From Bacillota bacterium (GTDB taxonomy: Bacteria; Bacillota; Clostridia; Lachnospirales; Lachnospiraceae), in assembly GCA_023441965.1 (NCBI GenBank), contig JAEZNB010000078.1:3538-67537 (forward strand): a stretch of 64,000 nt of DNA, in the 5' to 3' direction. A program made the translations under genes and the position numbers. Numbering within the stretch: the stretch's first letter is position 1; every line of letters begins with the position of its first letter. Below the pieces are notes generated by a model. That model saw only the letters and a list, made by a program, of their open reading frames with translations. It made no database searches and was not told the origin of the DNA. This document shows, one piece after another, positions 31,128-40,933 of the stretch.

Positions 31128-31187
31128 AGGATACCTCCAGCTTATTCATTCTTTATACCTGCAATATTGTCTTTTTCCATATGCCAT

Positions 31188-31217
31188 ATTATATGTTTTG
31201 GAGGAGCTTTTTGTGAC
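31188..31217 (-). promoter_or_regulatory. Sigma-K-type promoter of spoVFAB
   Basis: Minus strand GTCACA-16-CATATAAT; spoVF is sigma-K controlled in B. subtilis. Confidence 0.7.
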
Positions 31218-31251
31218 CTGCATCACTTATATGAGACAGGATAAATGGTAA

Positions 31252-31331
31252 AAATTATGCAACCGGTGCATAATTTGTATCATATTGGATATAGTTATTA
31301 TCTTGACTATTTTACGTTTTTGTATTATGAT
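31252..31331 (+). promoter_or_regulatory. Palindrome plus sigma-A promoter of oppA
   Basis: AAATTATGCA-N5-TGCATAATTT (31252-31276); TTGACT(31303)-17-TATGAT(31326). Confidence 0.55.
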
Positions 31332-31408
31332 ATGAATTATCATATATACTAAGGAAGTGTATGGAAAATATACTTCCTTTTTATGTAGAAAAAGGAGGAG
31401 AATTTTTT

Positions 31409-33055
31409 ATGAGATTTAAGAAAACTTTAGCCGTTCTCTTAGTCCTAGCCATGTCAGCAGCGACCTTGGCAGGCTGCGGCACCAAAGCAGGCTCCGATAA
31501 GAAGGAAGATAGAAGCGCTTATCCGGGTACTGCAGGAAAAAATGAAATCACTGTAAATATCGGCAGTGAGCCCCCGGATATGTTCTCTGTTACAATGACA
31601 GATACAGTATCCTTTTCTGTGCTTCGTCATATCATTGATAACCTTATGATGCTGGACGAGAATGACGAGCCCATCCCTGGCGTAGCAAAGGACTACAAGG
31701 TGAGCGACGACGGTTTGACCTATACCTTCAATCTTCGTGAGAATATGAAGTGGAGCAACGGTGAGCCCGTTACTGCTCATGACTTCGTGTTCGCTTGGAC
31801 TTCTCTTCTGGATCCTGCCTTCGCTTCTGACTATTCTTATTTCGGATTTGTATTTAAGAACGGTGAGAAGTTCAACTTAGGTGAAGTTGGCGCTGACCAG
31901 CTTGGCTTCAAGGCAGAAGGAGATTATAAGTTAGTGGTTACCCTTGAGAATCCTACCTCCTATTTCCTTTCCCAGTTAGCATTCGGTGTATTTGCACCTG
32001 TTAACGAGAAGGCTTACAGAGAGTTTGGTGAAGCTTACGGTACCGATGCTGACAAGATGGTTACAAATGGACCTTTCAAGATGACTGCTTGGGAGCATGA
32101 GAGCAAGATCGTTCTTGAGAAGAATCCTGATTATTTTGATGCAAAGAAAATTAATCTTGACAAGCTTACCATGGTTATGATCAATGATACCAATGCTACC
32201 TTCAATGCTTTTAAGGCTGGCGAAGTAGATATGATCGGTGTTAATGGCGACCAGGGCAGAACACTTAGAGCTGAGGGATACCCTGTTAATACCTATGATG
32301 ATGGTTCATCCTGGTATTTAGAGTTTAACTTAGAAGATCCTTATCTTAAGAACAACAACCTTCGTAAGGCTCTGACCTATGCGATTGATAAGCAGGCTTT
32401 CGTAACTGCTATTATCAAGAACGCATCTAAGCCCGCTTCTTCCTTTACTGCACCTGTAATAAATGGTCTGGACGGAAAGAAGTTCAATGAGATGGTTGGC
32501 GATGTTATTCCTGCATTCGATAAAGATAAAGCTGTAGAGTTTTATAATAAAGCATTATCAGAAATGGGTGTAAGCAGTGTTGAAATTACCATGATTTGTG
32601 ATGACGGTGATACCGCAGTGAAGTATGCATCCTTTGTTCAGGAGCAGCTCAAGACCAATCTTGGTATCGAGATCAAGGTTGAGCCCATGCCTTTCAAGAG
32701 CAGAATTGAGAGAATGTCCAATAAGGATTTCTCCTTAGTATTTGCCGGTTGGGGTCCTGACTACAACGATCCTATGACTTTCCTTGACATGTTTGAGACC
32801 GGTGGCGGTAACAACCATGTAAGCTACTCCAATGCTCATTATGATGAGTTACTGGACCAGGTTCGCACAGAGCTTAATGAAAAGACACGTTTCGGCTACT
32901 TAGTAGAGCTTGAGAAGTTATTACTTGAAGAACTCCCTATTGGACCTGTTTACTGGAGATCCAGAGAGTTCGTATATAGTGGAAAGATTGATTCTGGTGT
33001 TATCAGAACAGCGTTCCAGGATATGAACTACAGATTTGTTAAATTAGCGAAGTAA
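31409..33055 (+). CDS. oppA: Oligopeptide ABC transporter substrate-binding lipoprotein
   Basis: Lipobox LAGC; family-5 SBP motif YTFNLRENMKWSNGEPVTAHDF; GWGPDYNDP. Confidence 0.92.
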   Translation: MRFKKTLAVLLVLAMSAATLAGCGTKAGSDKKEDRSAYPGTAGKNEITVNIGSEPPDMFSVTMTDTVSFSVLRHIIDNLMMLDENDEPIPGVAKDYKVSDDGLTYTFNLRENMKWSNGEPVTAHDFVFAWTSLLDPAFASDYSYFGFVFKNGEKFNLGEVGADQLGFKAEGDYKLVVTLENPTSYFLSQLAFGVFAPVNEKAYREFGEAYGTDADKMVTNGPFKMTAWEHESKIVLEKNPDYFDAKKINLDKLTMVMINDTNATFNAFKAGEVDMIGVNGDQGRTLRAEGYPVNTYDDGSSWYLEFNLEDPYLKNNNLRKALTYAIDKQAFVTAIIKNASKPASSFTAPVINGLDGKKFNEMVGDVIPAFDKDKAVEFYNKALSEMGVSSVEITMICDDGDTAVKYASFVQEQLKTNLGIEIKVEPMPFKSRIERMSNKDFSLVFAGWGPDYNDPMTFLDMFETGGGNNHVSYSNAHYDELLDQVRTELNEKTRFGYLVELEKLLLEELPIGPVYWRSREFVYSGKIDSGVIRTAFQDMNYRFVKLAK

Positions 33056-33082
33056 TATCAGCAATTAACAGATTAATAATAA

Positions 33083-33117
33083 ATGGTGCGGGCTGTAAGA
33101 TATGCAACCCGCACCAT
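33083..33117 (+). terminator. Hairpin after oppA
   Basis: ATGGTGCGGG...CCCGCACCAT. Confidence 0.6.
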
Positions 33118-33364
33118 AATTATGTTAATACTATCCCCCCATTAATTCCCTTACGAATAAATTCGAAAAAAAGCACGACAAATGTGTTATTATATAGTAT
33201 AATATTATGGTATTTAGGATGGACAACAAGTCATATATTCTGATAGAATTGTCGTCCTATATTACTTTTATATATGATAAAAGCAATATAGGATAGCAAT
33301 TCTAAAGGGAAAAGACGATGTCCTGATCGACTAAAAGTATAGAAAACAGAAAGGAGGATTGCAT

Positions 33365-34312
33365 GTGTTAAAATATATAGTAAAACGTTTATTCTATGCA
33401 GTCTTAACGTTATTTGCTTTATGTGCAATTACATTCTTCATGATGCGCCTGCTGCCCGGTGATCCTTTTATCGGAGAGAAAGCAATTACGGAGACAACAA
33501 AAAAAGCTTTAAATGCCAAATATGGTCTCGATAAACCTGTAATCACCCAGTTTGGAATGTATATCAGCAATGTATTGAAGGGTGATTTGGGTATCTCGAT
33601 GCATTATAATAATCGTCCTATCACAGATATTATTGCACAGGCATTTCCATATTCATTTGATTTAGGTATCAGATCCCTGATATTTGCCACCATCATGGGA
33701 GTATTTTTAGGAATTGTAGCAGCCGTCAAGAGAGGTACAGCATGGGATACCATTACGATGCTGATCGCTATTATCGGTGTATCTGTTCCCAGCTTTATTG
33801 TAGGCTCCATCCTCCAATATGCTCTGGGTCTGGGGTTGTATCAAATAACCGGACTTAGAATATTCCCCATCACAGGCTGGAGTTCATTTTCCAGTAAGAT
33901 TCTACCGGCCTTTGCCCTTAGCTTTGGTTCCATGGCAACCATATCCAGACTGATGAGAACCAGTATGCTGGATGTTCTTGGCCAGGACTATATTAAGACA
34001 GCAAAATCAAAGGGCCTGTCACAAAAGAAAATAATCTGGAAGCATGCAGTCAGAAATGCAATTATGCCCGTTGTTACAGTACTGGGACCGATTGCAGCTT
34101 CAGTTCTGACCGGTGCTTTCGTAGTTGAGAACATATTCTCTATCCCGGGAATGGGTAAGTTCTTTGTTAACAGTATTAAGGTGCAGGACTATACGATGAT
34201 TTCCGGAATCACCTTATTCTATGGTGCCTTCCTTATTATTGCAAACCTGGTGGTCGACCTTGCCTATGGTTTCATTGATCCCCGTGTTAAATTAACGGAA
34301 GTAAAGGAGTGA
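33365..34312 (+). CDS. oppB: Oligopeptide ABC permease
   Basis: LPGDPF, YGLDKP, DYIKTAKSKG; GTG start 7 nt after GGAGG. Confidence 0.92.
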   Translation: MLKYIVKRLFYAVLTLFALCAITFFMMRLLPGDPFIGEKAITETTKKALNAKYGLDKPVITQFGMYISNVLKGDLGISMHYNNRPITDIIAQAFPYSFDLGIRSLIFATIMGVFLGIVAAVKRGTAWDTITMLIAIIGVSVPSFIVGSILQYALGLGLYQITGLRIFPITGWSSFSSKILPAFALSFGSMATISRLMRTSMLDVLGQDYIKTAKSKGLSQKKIIWKHAVRNAIMPVVTVLGPIAASVLTGAFVVENIFSIPGMGKFFVNSIKVQDYTMISGITLFYGAFLIIANLVVDLAYGFIDPRVKLTEVKE

Positions 34313-34316
34313 TACG

Positions 34317-35258
34317 ATGGACAAGAAGATTGATAAGAAAATGTTTGAATGGGTTGGTAGTAATGCCATAGAAAGTGAAGGCATATCAAGGCCCAGTATC
34401 AGCTACTGGAAGGATGCGATGCATCGCCTCAGAAAGAATAAAGTAGCGATTGTTTGCTTAAGTATTATTTTGGTTATCGCAGCGCTGTCTATCGTAGTTC
34501 CCATGCTGTCACCCTTCACGATCAGTGAGCAGCATTACGATCATACGGATGCTCCTATGTTTACCAGAGATGCAGAGGATGGGCATATGCATCTGTTCGG
34601 AACGGACTCCTTAGGCCGTGATATATTCACAAGAATCTGCGCTGGTGGACGTGTATCCTTGTTTATCGCAATAACAGCAGTATTTATTAATTGTATTATA
34701 GGTATCATCTATGGCGGTGTCTCCGGCTTCACCGGTGGTGCAGTGGATAATATTATGATGAGAATCATTGAGGTAATCAATGGTATTCCATACCTGATTA
34801 TCGTTATTCTTCTCATGATGGTATTAGAGCCCGGAGTTATGACGATGGTAGTGGCTTATGCCGCAGTTGGTTGGACCGGAATGGCGAGACTTGTCCGTGG
34901 ACAGGTAATGAGCTTAAAGCAGCAGGATTATATTACCGCAGCTAAGGTAATGGGTGCGAAGCCCTCCAGAATCATTTTTAAACACTTGATTCCGAATACC
35001 CTCAGCGTCGTAATTGTTAATATGACCTTGGCAATTCCCAGTGTTATCTTTACTGAAGCCTTCTTAAGCTATATCGGTCTGGGTGTACCGGTACCGAAGT
35101 CCTCCTGGGGTATGATGGCAAGTGAAGGTAGTATCGTGTTCCAAGCCTACCCGTCACAGATGTTAATTCCTGCGATCTGCATCAGTTTGACCATGCTATC
35201 CTTTAACTTATTAGGTGATGGTTTACGTGATGCCTTAGATCCCAGGTTAAGGAGGTAG
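34317..35258 (+). CDS. oppC: Oligopeptide ABC permease
   Basis: FGTDSLGRD, GDGLRDALDP. Confidence 0.92.
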   Translation: MDKKIDKKMFEWVGSNAIESEGISRPSISYWKDAMHRLRKNKVAIVCLSIILVIAALSIVVPMLSPFTISEQHYDHTDAPMFTRDAEDGHMHLFGTDSLGRDIFTRICAGGRVSLFIAITAVFINCIIGIIYGGVSGFTGGAVDNIMMRIIEVINGIPYLIIVILLMMVLEPGVMTMVVAYAAVGWTGMARLVRGQVMSLKQQDYITAAKVMGAKPSRIIFKHLIPNTLSVVIVNMTLAIPSVIFTEAFLSYIGLGVPVPKSSWGMMASEGSIVFQAYPSQMLIPAICISLTMLSFNLLGDGLRDALDPRLRR

Positions 35259-35262
35259 TGGA

Positions 35263-36264
35263 ATGAATAAAGTATTGGAAGTGAAAGATTTACATGTATC
35301 CTTCGATACCTATGCCGGCGAGGTAAAGGCAGTTCGTGGTGTTTCCTTCGATCTGAAGGAGGGTGAAGTGCTTGCGATTGTAGGCGAGAGTGGTTGTGGC
35401 AAGAGCGTAACGGCTCAGACTATTATGAAGCTGAATCCCATGCCTCCGGCTAGAATAGTAAGCGGAGAGATTACACTGGCAGATAAAGATATCGTTCATG
35501 CAACTGAGAAAGATATGATGAAGATCCGTGGTAAGGATGTCAGCATGATTTTCCAGGATCCGATGACCTGTTTGAATCCTACCATGCAGGTGGGTAAGCA
35601 GCTGACAGAAGCGATTCGCCATCATCAGAACCTGACTCAGGAGCAGGCACAGGCTGAGGCAATTCGCCTGCTTGAGATCGTAAAAATTCCGAATACAAAG
35701 CAACGTGCAAAACAGTATCCGCATGAATTCTCCGGTGGTATGAGACAGAGAGTAATGATTGCTATGGCTCTCTCCTGTGCTCCGAAGCTTCTGATAGCAG
35801 ATGAGCCGACAACAGCTCTGGATGTAACCATTCAGGCACAGATTATGGACCTCTTAAAGGAAATCAAGGAGAAGACCAATACGGCGATTATCCTGATTAC
35901 CCATGATCTTGGAGTAGTTGCAAGCATGGCTGACCGAGTAGCGGTTATGTATGCAGGTAAAATCGTAGAGACCGGTACTGCGGAGGATATTTTCTACCGC
36001 CCGTCCCACCCGTATACGAGGGCATTGCTTAAGAGCCTTCCCAAGACAGATATGAACCGCAGTGAAAGGCTGGTATCCATTGGTGGTACACCTCCGGATC
36101 TTTTAAATCCTCCGGTAGGTTGTCCGTTTGCCAGCAGATGTCCTCATACCATGAAGATCTGCCAGGAAGAGATGCCCCCTCATTTTATACCTGAAAAAGA
36201 CCATAAATCCGCATGCTGGTTATTGCATCCGGATTGCCCGGGCGCTCAGGGCGGAGGTGAATAG
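35263..36264 (+). CDS. oppD: Oligopeptide ABC ATPase
   Basis: GESGCGKS, FSGGMRQR, C-terminal Cys motif. Confidence 0.93.
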   Translation: MNKVLEVKDLHVSFDTYAGEVKAVRGVSFDLKEGEVLAIVGESGCGKSVTAQTIMKLNPMPPARIVSGEITLADKDIVHATEKDMMKIRGKDVSMIFQDPMTCLNPTMQVGKQLTEAIRHHQNLTQEQAQAEAIRLLEIVKIPNTKQRAKQYPHEFSGGMRQRVMIAMALSCAPKLLIADEPTTALDVTIQAQIMDLLKEIKEKTNTAIILITHDLGVVASMADRVAVMYAGKIVETGTAEDIFYRPSHPYTRALLKSLPKTDMNRSERLVSIGGTPPDLLNPPVGCPFASRCPHTMKICQEEMPPHFIPEKDHKSACWLLHPDCPGAQGGGE

Positions 36265-36266
36265 AC

Positions 36267-37250
36267 ATGGATAAGAAGAATAGTACTACAAGCAATAGCC
36301 AGAATAAGCTGGTTGAGATACAGAATGTATCCAAGTACTTCAGGGTGAATGACGGTATCCTGAAGGCAGTGAATAATGTGAATATAGACATCCTTAAGGG
36401 TGAAACCTTAGGTCTGGTAGGTGAATCCGGCTGTGGTAAGTCCACCTTCGGTAAGGTTCTCATGGGGATCTATCCCCCTACTACCGGTAGGATTCTATAT
36501 CACGGTAAGAAGGATATGGAGATCAATAAGAAGACACTCTTCTCCTATGCCAAGATGGCTCAGATCATCTTTCAGGATCCTTATTCCTCATTGGATCCCC
36601 GTATGACGGTAGGTTCCATCATAGAAGAGGGTATGATCATCCATAACATGTATAACAAGCAGAAGCGCCAAGAAAGAGTGTATGAGCTGCTGGAGCTGGT
36701 TGGATTAAACAAGGAGCATGCAAATCGTTTTCCTCATGAGTTTTCAGGTGGACAGCGTCAGCGTATCGGAATTGCGAGAGCCCTTGCGATTGAACCTGAG
36801 TTCATCGTATGTGACGAGCCGATCTCTGCATTGGATGTATCCATACAGTCCCAGATCATCAACCTGCTTCATGATCTGCAGCAGAAGCTGAATCTTACCT
36901 ATCTCTTTATCGCTCATGATTTGAATATCGTAAAATATATCAGTGATCGTATTGCGGTTATGTATCTGGGTAATATCGTAGAGCTGGCTACCAGTGAAGA
37001 ATTATATGCCAAGACCCTTCACCCTTACTCCCAGGCTCTGCTGTCTGCGGTTCCGATTCCGGACCCGGATCAGGAGGCACAGAAGAAGCGCCAGATCCTG
37101 ACCGGTGATGTACCGAGCCCGATCAATACACCCAAGGGCTGCCCTTTTGCAGGACGTTGTCCTCGTGCAACAGATATTTGCCGGGAAGTAAAGCCTGAGC
37201 TGGAGATGAAGCAGGGTCATCTGGTGGCTTGTCATCACGTGGAGAAGTAA
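36267..37250 (+). CDS. oppF: Oligopeptide ABC ATPase
   Basis: GESGCGKST, FSGGQRQR, DEPISALDVS. Confidence 0.93.
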   Translation: MDKKNSTTSNSQNKLVEIQNVSKYFRVNDGILKAVNNVNIDILKGETLGLVGESGCGKSTFGKVLMGIYPPTTGRILYHGKKDMEINKKTLFSYAKMAQIIFQDPYSSLDPRMTVGSIIEEGMIIHNMYNKQKRQERVYELLELVGLNKEHANRFPHEFSGGQRQRIGIARALAIEPEFIVCDEPISALDVSIQSQIINLLHDLQQKLNLTYLFIAHDLNIVKYISDRIAVMYLGNIVELATSEELYAKTLHPYSQALLSAVPIPDPDQEAQKKRQILTGDVPSPINTPKGCPFAGRCPRATDICREVKPELEMKQGHLVACHHVEK

Positions 37251-37272
37251 GATTGGTTTAGATATTTTATAT

Positions 37273-37343
37273 AAGGATTTTGCATAATTAGATTTTTAGG
37301 TCAGCATTATCATTGCTGGCCTTTTCTATTTATGCAAAATCCT
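37273..37343 (+). terminator. Extended hairpin after oppF
   Basis: AGGATTTTGCATAA...TTATGCAAAATCCT enclosing AGGTCAGCA/TGCTGGCCT-TTT. Confidence 0.6.
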
Positions 37344-37538
37344 CTCCACAAATAGGAGTTATGAAGCACTTCTTTATCAGAGTTGATATTCGATTATTTC
37401 TATTAAGATAAATAAACTACTTACTTCTCTGATGATAAAGGTTTCATTGTGAGATGATGTAATGAATGGAGTGACAAGGAGATGATAGGGTGTTATAATA
37501 TGCTAAATATGAGAATAATTACTTGACAGGAGTTTGCG

Positions 37539-38120
37539 ATGGAGAAAGATGTTATCAGAAGGTTCACCTCGGAGAATGCGGTTATCAGAATGGCAACCCT
37601 GGAGGATGCGTCTGCGATTTATCAGATTTATGAGCCCTATATTTTAAACACTGTGTTTACCTTCGAGTATGATCCGGTTCCCTTAGAAGAGTTTCTAAAG
37701 CGGATGGAGACGGTGCTGGAGCACTTTCCCTGGTTGGTCTATGAGAGGGATGGAGTGATCCTGGGCTATGCCTATTGCTCCAGGTTTAAGGAGAGGGCAG
37801 CCTTTGCCTGGGATTGTGAATGCTCTGTCTATATCGATCAGAAGTCGCACAGGCAGGGAATAGCCACAGCTCTCTATGAGGAACTTTTCGGGCTGGTGAA
37901 GGAACAGGGCTATTATATGGTATATGCTTTGATTACCTATCAGCATAACAGCAGTACAGAGCTACATAAGAAATTCGGCTTCAAACAGGTGGCCATCTAT
38001 GAAAAGACCGGCTATAAGCATGGTCAATGGTGGGATCTGCTTGTGATGGAGAAAAGACTAAGGGGCCTTGAGGGAGTACCGGTAAGGACGAAATCCGTAA
38101 AGGAGCTTCCTACACAGTAA
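37539..38120 (+). CDS. GNAT N-acetyltransferase (phosphinothricin acetyltransferase-like)
   Basis: IRMAT..DA, FTFEYDP, GYAY, RQGIATALY, GYKHGQWWD. Confidence 0.88.
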   Translation: MEKDVIRRFTSENAVIRMATLEDASAIYQIYEPYILNTVFTFEYDPVPLEEFLKRMETVLEHFPWLVYERDGVILGYAYCSRFKERAAFAWDCECSVYIDQKSHRQGIATALYEELFGLVKEQGYYMVYALITYQHNSSTELHKKFGFKQVAIYEKTGYKHGQWWDLLVMEKRLRGLEGVPVRTKSVKELPTQ

Positions 38121-38616
38121 GTTTTATCAGGAAGCTGACTTGCCCTCCTTGGGGAGATAAGCATAAGTCATAAATAAGATTAGCAGCAGAAAAAATGAGA
38201 ATAGGAAGTTCCTATTCTTCTTTTTATGCTCGGAAAGCAAGGAAAGGATGAATCGAAATAGCACTGATCCTCCTGTATATTTTCCTTTCGTTTTGTAGGT
38301 TTTACGGAGGTACTGTAATATGCTGAAAAAGGCGGAAGCATAATGTATTTCTATGCGTAATATTAGAAGAATAACAGGATAAAAAATGGTAAAAACTGGT
38401 TGAAAACACCAAAGACTTATTATATAATGCACTTGCTGGGATAATTTGGAAAATCATATTAAGGTAATGTAGAACAAACCATAGAAGCTTCACACAATAT
38501 GTTGGGAAGGAAGAGGCTGTTTGATTTTTGTAGAAGAAGGCATATCAGGCAGACAGATGGAATATACAATTCTGTGGCAGTCTTGTAAAGGCGATATAAC
38601 AGTTTAGGGGGGGATC

Positions 38617-39315
38617 TTGGTGTCTTCTTTACGAAAGCATTGGAAAAGAATTATTCTTCCGGTAATTAGCTTAGGTGCGTTCAGCGCGATCACCTTAATC
38701 GTTGTGTTTGCAAAAGCCAATGTTCATAGTAATTATGATAATCGTATTCTGACGACGGAGTTTAGCCGACTGTACTTACAACCCGAATTGAATGCAAATG
38801 AACTTAAGGTCCTTACCGGACTTGGCGCTGATGCACCGGAACTGCTGCTTGCACCGGCTGCAGCGGATAACGTATTTGCACGCCTGTACCAGCAGCTGAA
38901 AGCATATCTGGGCAGTAAGGGAGTCGAACTGACGAAGGAAGAGGCAGAAGAGGCAACAGAAAGTATAGAAGAGCTGAATCATATCATCATGCTGGAGGGC
39001 AGGAGAGATCTGAAGCAGATGTCCCTGGATACAAAGGGGATTGCAAGCCATCTGTCCCAGCTGATCTATCAAAGCTGCGGTCTGAAGCTGTCCTTTGATT
39101 TGTTGGGGAATATAGATACGATCTCTACGACCGACGGTGGAATTCTGTATCATCGGCACAGCTCTGATCAGGATGGTTTGCATTTTGAGGCATTGGCAAT
39201 TACTTTATCCATCATCAGCCTCTTGCTTTTTGGCTGTACACAGATCGCCAGAAAGCACCAGCTGTTTCATAAGGAAGAGCTGTACGACAGCTTTGATGAA
39301 GAAAAGTATGCATAA
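38617..39315 (+). CDS. Hypothetical protein with N- and C-terminal hydrophobic segments
   Basis: 232-aa ORF, G-rich RBS, 20 nt upstream of the sugar transferase. Confidence 0.6.
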   Translation: MVSSLRKHWKRIILPVISLGAFSAITLIVVFAKANVHSNYDNRILTTEFSRLYLQPELNANELKVLTGLGADAPELLLAPAAADNVFARLYQQLKAYLGSKGVELTKEEAEEATESIEELNHIIMLEGRRDLKQMSLDTKGIASHLSQLIYQSCGLKLSFDLLGNIDTISTTDGGILYHRHSSDQDGLHFEALAITLSIISLLLFGCTQIARKHQLFHKEELYDSFDEEKYA

Positions 39316-39335
39316 ACAGATAGGTAGGGGATTAT

Positions 39336-40757
39336 ATGGATCATACGAATAGAACGTTACCAAATCGTTATCTCATACTGATAGACTTGCTCAGCATCAC
39401 CGCGGCCTTCCTGTTGGCATCCTGGATCCGTTTTGGACGCATCCCGAGCTACCTGTTCACAAATAGTATTTATGGCTTCGCCTTTACAATTATACTGGCT
39501 GCATATGTGGTCGTATATTATTTGTACAATACCTACAGCAGATTCTTTAAGAGGGGCTTCTATGAAGAGTTCCTGGTTGTTGTGAAGCTAAATGTATTTT
39601 TATCGGCGGTTCTGACGGCTATTATGTTTCTTTTTCAGGAAGGGGCAAAGTATTCAAGGTATTTCTTCCTGTGCTTTATTCTCCTGAATACCCTGGTCAC
39701 CTATATGGCGAGGCAATATTATAAGGTATGTCTCCTATCCTTCTATCGGAAGAGCAAGGCAAGCTCCAAGCTAATGGTAATCACGACCTCCCGGCTGGCT
39801 CCGGGCGTACTCGGACGCATCCGTAAGGAAAACGATTGGAACTGTCAGGTGACCTATATCACGGTCCTGGATATGGATATGACGGGGCAATACATAAGCG
39901 GGGTGGAGGTAAAGGCATCCCGGGAGAATATGTTTACCGTAGCCAGAAGAGAGGCAGTGGACTGTGTACTGATTCATCTGCCACAGGATTATCCCCATGA
40001 AATCAGTCTGGAAAAGATCATTATAGAATTTGAGAAGATGGGAGCAGTCGTAAATCTGAGCATCAATACCTTTGGGCTGAAGCTGCATGAGAAGGTGGTA
40101 AGGGATATGAACGGTTATAATGTGCTTACTTTCAGCACCAGGCTCTTCAATGAGGAGCAGCTGCAGCTGAAGAGGCTGGTAGATATCGTTGGCGGACTAC
40201 TGGGCTGTATCCTGACCTTAGTGCTGACCCTGTTCATAGCACCCCTCATCTTCATCGAATCCCCGGGACCGATCTTCTTCTCCCAGACCAGGATCGGCAG
40301 AAACGGAAGACGCTTCCGGATCTACAAGTTCCGGTCTATGTACCCCGATGCGGAGCAAAGGCTGGTAGAGCTGATGGATCAGAATGAGATCAATGGACTG
40401 ATGTTCAAGATGACCGATGACCCTAGAGTAACAAAGGTCGGTAAATTCCTACGCAAGACAAGCCTGGATGAATTTCCCCAGTTCTTTAATATCCTCAAGG
40501 GGGATATGAGCCTGGTAGGGACAAGACCTCCGACAGAGAAGGAATTCCTTCAATATGAAGGCTGGCATAAAAGGAGATTGGCTTTAAAGTCCGGTCTGAC
40601 CGGTCTGTGGCAGGTCAGTGGCCGTAGTAATATCTCGGAATTTGAAGAGGTGGTAAAGATGGACCTGGAGTACATAGACAATTGGTCGCTGAAGCTTGAC
40701 GTAAAAATTATTCTTAAGACCATCTGGGTAGTGGTGTTTGGCAAAGGAGCCAAGTAA
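39336..40757 (+). CDS. Priming (undecaprenyl-phosphate) sugar transferase, CpsE/WcaJ-like
   Basis: N-terminal TMs; KRLVDI, YKFRSM, DPRVT, SLDEFPQ, GLTGLWQVSGRS. Confidence 0.92.
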   Translation: MDHTNRTLPNRYLILIDLLSITAAFLLASWIRFGRIPSYLFTNSIYGFAFTIILAAYVVVYYLYNTYSRFFKRGFYEEFLVVVKLNVFLSAVLTAIMFLFQEGAKYSRYFFLCFILLNTLVTYMARQYYKVCLLSFYRKSKASSKLMVITTSRLAPGVLGRIRKENDWNCQVTYITVLDMDMTGQYISGVEVKASRENMFTVARREAVDCVLIHLPQDYPHEISLEKIIIEFEKMGAVVNLSINTFGLKLHEKVVRDMNGYNVLTFSTRLFNEEQLQLKRLVDIVGGLLGCILTLVLTLFIAPLIFIESPGPIFFSQTRIGRNGRRFRIYKFRSMYPDAEQRLVELMDQNEINGLMFKMTDDPRVTKVGKFLRKTSLDEFPQFFNILKGDMSLVGTRPPTEKEFLQYEGWHKRRLALKSGLTGLWQVSGRSNISEFEEVVKMDLEYIDNWSLKLDVKIILKTIWVVVFGKGAK

Positions 40758-40848
40758 GGTTACTGTCACTGTGTAAAAACTTTGTCAGATTATAGTTGAC
40801 AAAGAGAGCTTATTCCTTTATATTATAAAAAAAAGAACTACCCCCAAG

Positions 40849-40879
40849 AAGCGATAGGGCAAAACCTATCGCTTTTTTT
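40849..40879 (+). terminator. Intrinsic terminator between sugar transferase and MCP
   Basis: AAGCGATAGG-GCAAAA-CCTATCGCTT then TTTTT. Confidence 0.75.
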
Positions 40880-40933
40880 GATTTATTCAGCTTAAGCAGC
40901 CTTACAGGCACGATGGGGGATAAGGAAGGAGCA

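Noticed and set aside
33120..33350. Spo0A boxes or an sRNA in the oppA-oppB gap
   Set aside because: Only partial TGNCGAA-like matches in AT-rich DNA and no convincing structure
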